A stretch of 64,000 nucleotides of DNA. Origin: Lytechinus pictus (lineage: Eukaryota). Position numbers and translations under genes: made by a program. Shown here piece after piece: positions 60,801 through 64,000 of this stretch. Position 1 is the first letter of the stretch; each line of letters starts with the position of its first letter. The stretch lies in NCBI RefSeq assembly GCF_037042905.1, contig NC_087245.1, positions 17,610,001 through 17,674,000 of the forward strand, in the 5' to 3' direction. The notes beneath the pieces were generated by a model that worked only from the letters and a program-made list of their open reading frames with translations, was not told the origin of the DNA and made no database searches.

Positions 60801-62382
60801 TTTCTCCTACACGAAGTTCTTTCCTAACACAATCACCATCGGTAATTGGTTTTTATGTCAATATCGTATAGATACTCCCATGGATGCATCACCGCCCCAA
60901 GAAACTCCTGGTGGAGGAAGTTCGACAACTTCACCAGAACTTTCTTCCAGTGGATCAACTGAAGCTTCGTCAGAACAAGCAATGACCCCAATGACAGGCT
61001 CTTCAACTACTCCATCAGAACCTACGACCAATGGTAAATCAAGCCCCCAGCCCCCCTTCTCGGTTCCGTGCCCATAATAATCTGTAATAGCTCCATGGTT
61101 AAAGTGATAGGGTCTGATAACACTTCCATAATGATTTTCCTCGTTTGTCCTTTATGTCGGATCATGCATTCCTCCTAACCTTTTTGCAGTTAGGTATCGC
61201 GATTTTGCACGATTCTTATTGACCCAATCCTGTGCAGTCTTCTTCCTTTTCTTGAACCATGGATCATGTTTTTCATTGTTCCTTTAATGTCTCATCGAGA
61301 ATAGTACTGCTATCAATGTTTCTTCTAGACCAGACCGGTTTTGCTATTGTTTTTGCTCTCTTCCTTTCATCTATGATCTTCCATGTTTCTCCTACACGAA
61401 GTTCTGTCCTAACACAATCACCATCGGTAATTGTTTTTTATGTCAATATCGTATAGATACTCCCATGGATGCATCACCACCCCAAAAGACTCCTGGTGGA
61501 GGAAGTTCGACAACTTCACCAGAACTTTCATCCAGTGGATCAACTGAAGCTTCGTCAGAACAAGCAATGACCCCAATGACAGGCTCTTCAACTACTCCAT
61601 CAGAACATACGACAGACGATGCAGCGACAACTTTGTCACACCCTACAACAATTCCTTCTACGGAGGCTTTACCTGAAACCACAACAAAAGGAACCTCAGG
61701 TGTGAATTCGTGTAAGACGCTCTATTCAATGGGGCATCAAACAAGTGGTGTCTATGCCATCTCTCCTAGCGGTGTGGGTCTGACCGATGTCTACTGCGAT
61801 ATGACCACCGATAGCGGAGGGTGGACAATCTTCCAGGTACGTTCCGCCAGGTTCTCGGTGTGAAATGAATCTATCCGATGTTTATGTTTTATTAAGATGG
61901 TCAATATTTTTGCTTAATCGCATCTTTTTTTCGTTTCTCTTTTCTTTTCTTTTTTTAAAAGAACTTTTGCTCTATCCACCATTTCATTCTGGCCTCTTCA
62001 TCATGTTAATATAGGCCAAATAAGTAGAATTTTGTAGACTTGCTCGCTTCGCCCGCTCACAATTTTTCTGAAATATTCCAACGTATCTAAACTCAACCTT
62101 CTCTTGCACGCTCACTATTCGATAATTTTTTTCACATATCACATCCTTCACAATAATAATATGCATACAGAAACGTTATGACGGATCTGTGGATTTTTAC
62201 CGCAATTATACCGAGTATGTTCGTGGATTTGGTGACGTCGAGGGCGAATACTGGTTGGGATTAGACCAACTCTACTTACTTGCTAAAGATGGAGTCGAAC
62301 TCAGAATCGATATGGTTGATTACGATAACAATCCATTCTACGCTCATTATGGCAGTTTTAGCATTGGAAGTACCAACACCAA
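57606..62382 (+). CDS. Secreted mucin-stalk fibrinogen-related protein, copy C (3' partial; last exon lies beyond the window)
   Basis: Exons 57606-57629 (MKKTSVIM), 58046-58115, 58582-58761, 60296-60448, 60872-61033, 61457-61836, 62171-62382. All are in frame and nearly identical to copy A. Confidence 0.85.
59341..59923. mobile_element. 583-bp Kolobok-like MITE, TTAA TSD, copy C only
   Basis: ttaa-aggagaatgaaac..gtttcattctcct-ttaa. Empty TTAA at 19189-19192 in A. Internal inverted repeat also present. Confidence 0.88.
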
Positions 62383-62674
62383 GTAAGGTTCTTACAATTT
62401 TCCTTCGCTATAATTATAGAGAGAGCGTATGGAAAACGTTACATTTTGGAAAAGCTGTCAAAATTACGCTTATTAATGAAGTATCATTGTGTAATATCTC
62501 TAAAATCTTCTCTATTAGATGACACCACGAGATATTTTGTACATGCTTGAGCGCAAAACGACATGTTTTATCAGGGTGACGAGAATGGCTTGCACCATAA
62601 TGAAGGAATGGGCAGTCAAATCAAATGATTTGCTCGAGTTATTAAGATCTTTTCACATACTATTTATTCTTGAT

Positions 62675-64000
62675 TAGTACAGGATAGAAGAGGCATAACC
62701 TTGTTTTTACATATATATTATATTTTTTGATGGTTTCTTGTCAATTTTAGAGTGCTGATTACGAATCTGAATGATGCCACTCGTGTAACCTTGAGCATTT
62801 CCCGCAAATTGGCAAAATCCAATATGGCCGCCAAAATATGCAAATTACCCATGAAAATCATAAAAATTGCCTGCACATTGGCAACAAAATGCATGAAATT
62901 GTGTGGCAGGAGTGAAATACTCGCTGAATAAATAATTTTTGACAAAATATATATTTTCTGGATCATAATGGCCGCCATAGGCCTCTGTATACTCTATTAT
63001 GTACACCATGAATAGGGAAAACTAATTTTCACAAAAAATGAGCGCTAAACTGCAAGAAATCGTGATCTATGAACGAAGTTCTGTATGCAAATCGTCATTA
63101 CTAACGAGATATATCATTTATTATATCATGTATGGGAACATTTCTGTATTTTGATATTTAAAATAGCCGCCACTGGCCAAAACAGTATTATGTACAATGG
63201 CAAAGGGGGCCAAAAGAATCACAAGAGTGAGCACTAAAATGCATATTATTAAGATAAACGAGTGGAATACTGACTAAAAACATAATTGTTAGCGAAATTT
63301 ATCATTTAATATGCCATGTATGTGATAAATGTTGTATTTTGATATTCAAAATTGCTGCCTAAGACCCTAACAGTATTATGTACAATGAGAAAGAGGACCA
63401 AAGAAATTACAAGAGGTGGCACTAAAATGCATATGTATGTGATAAAGTTACGTAATACTGTCTAAAAAAACCATAATGAATATTCGTAGTACACGTAAAT
63501 GGAGTAGATCTCCAACGAAATATAGTTTGTGTTAAATACTATATTTTGACTTTCAAAATGGCCGCCATAGACATTGACTGTATTATGTATAATGCGAACT
63601 GGGAAACTAATATTCACAGGAGTGAGCACCATAAATGTACGTTATAGTGATCCGTGAGTAAAATATTGCCTGAAAGCATAATTTCTAACAAGATATATCA
63701 TTTATTCTGCCAGTTAGGTGACAAATACTGTATTTTAAAAGTAAAAATGGCTACTACAGGCCCTTACGGTATATTATGTACCATGTAAATGGAAAAAAAT
63801 GATTTCAACATAATTTGGCTTTGCTTGACTAAATGGTGTTGTATGAGTGAAATATTGTCTGAAAACATCATTTATAACAAAAATATATCATATCTTGTGT
63901 AATTTAGGTGATAAATATTGTATTTAAACATTCAAAATGGCCGTCATATGCCCTTTTGTGAAAATTATCTGTCGTCATTCAAATTGACGATAAGGGCCTA
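62675..64000. mobile_element. Academ-like element, copy C (truncated by window end)
   Basis: Same left end and sequence as 21943 onward. Confidence 0.7.

Larger units (their letters stand above)
47022..64000 (+). repeat. Segmental duplicate of 1-~23260 (higher-order tandem repeat, offset 47021 bp at its start)
   Basis: Position 1 aligns to 47022. The ORF track repeats nearly verbatim. Colinear except for 8027-14830 (first copy only) and 59341-59923 (second copy only). Confidence 0.95.

Overview
AT-rich, intron-containing animal genomic DNA. The repeat content looks like sea urchin or another echinoderm, but that is an inference. The window holds a tandem array of three + strand copies (A 17533-26556, B 34591-43932, C 57606->64000, truncated) of a multi-exon gene. 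It encodes a secreted protein: signal peptide, a 60-aa Cys-containing exon, a Ser/Thr/Pro-rich mucin-like stalk built from duplicated exons, and a C-terminal fibrinogen-related domain (FReD). The array has a higher-order period of about 47 kb (1-~23260 is repeated at 47022-64000). A and B are near-identical over introns and identical in the middle FReD exon. In the last exon, which encodes the ligand/Ca2+-binding P subdomain, they differ by 14 amino-acid substitutions and 3 in-frame indels against only 2 synonymous changes. Stalk length also differs between copies, and B has a stop plus frameshift in a skippable exon. The rest is deeply nested non-autonomous DNA transposons. Paralogous empty sites fix their ends and target-site duplications (TSDs). 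They include two composite elements with TAY..RTA ends and 6-bp TSDs (IS3EU-like; 6.8 and 7.5 kb), plus hAT-, Academ-, Kolobok-, Harbinger- and Merlin-like elements, LINE reverse-transcriptase (RT) relics and SINE relics. No transposase ORF, RNA gene or CRISPR array was seen. All gene models are manual splice reconstructions without transcript evidence, and superfamily names rest on termini and TSD only.
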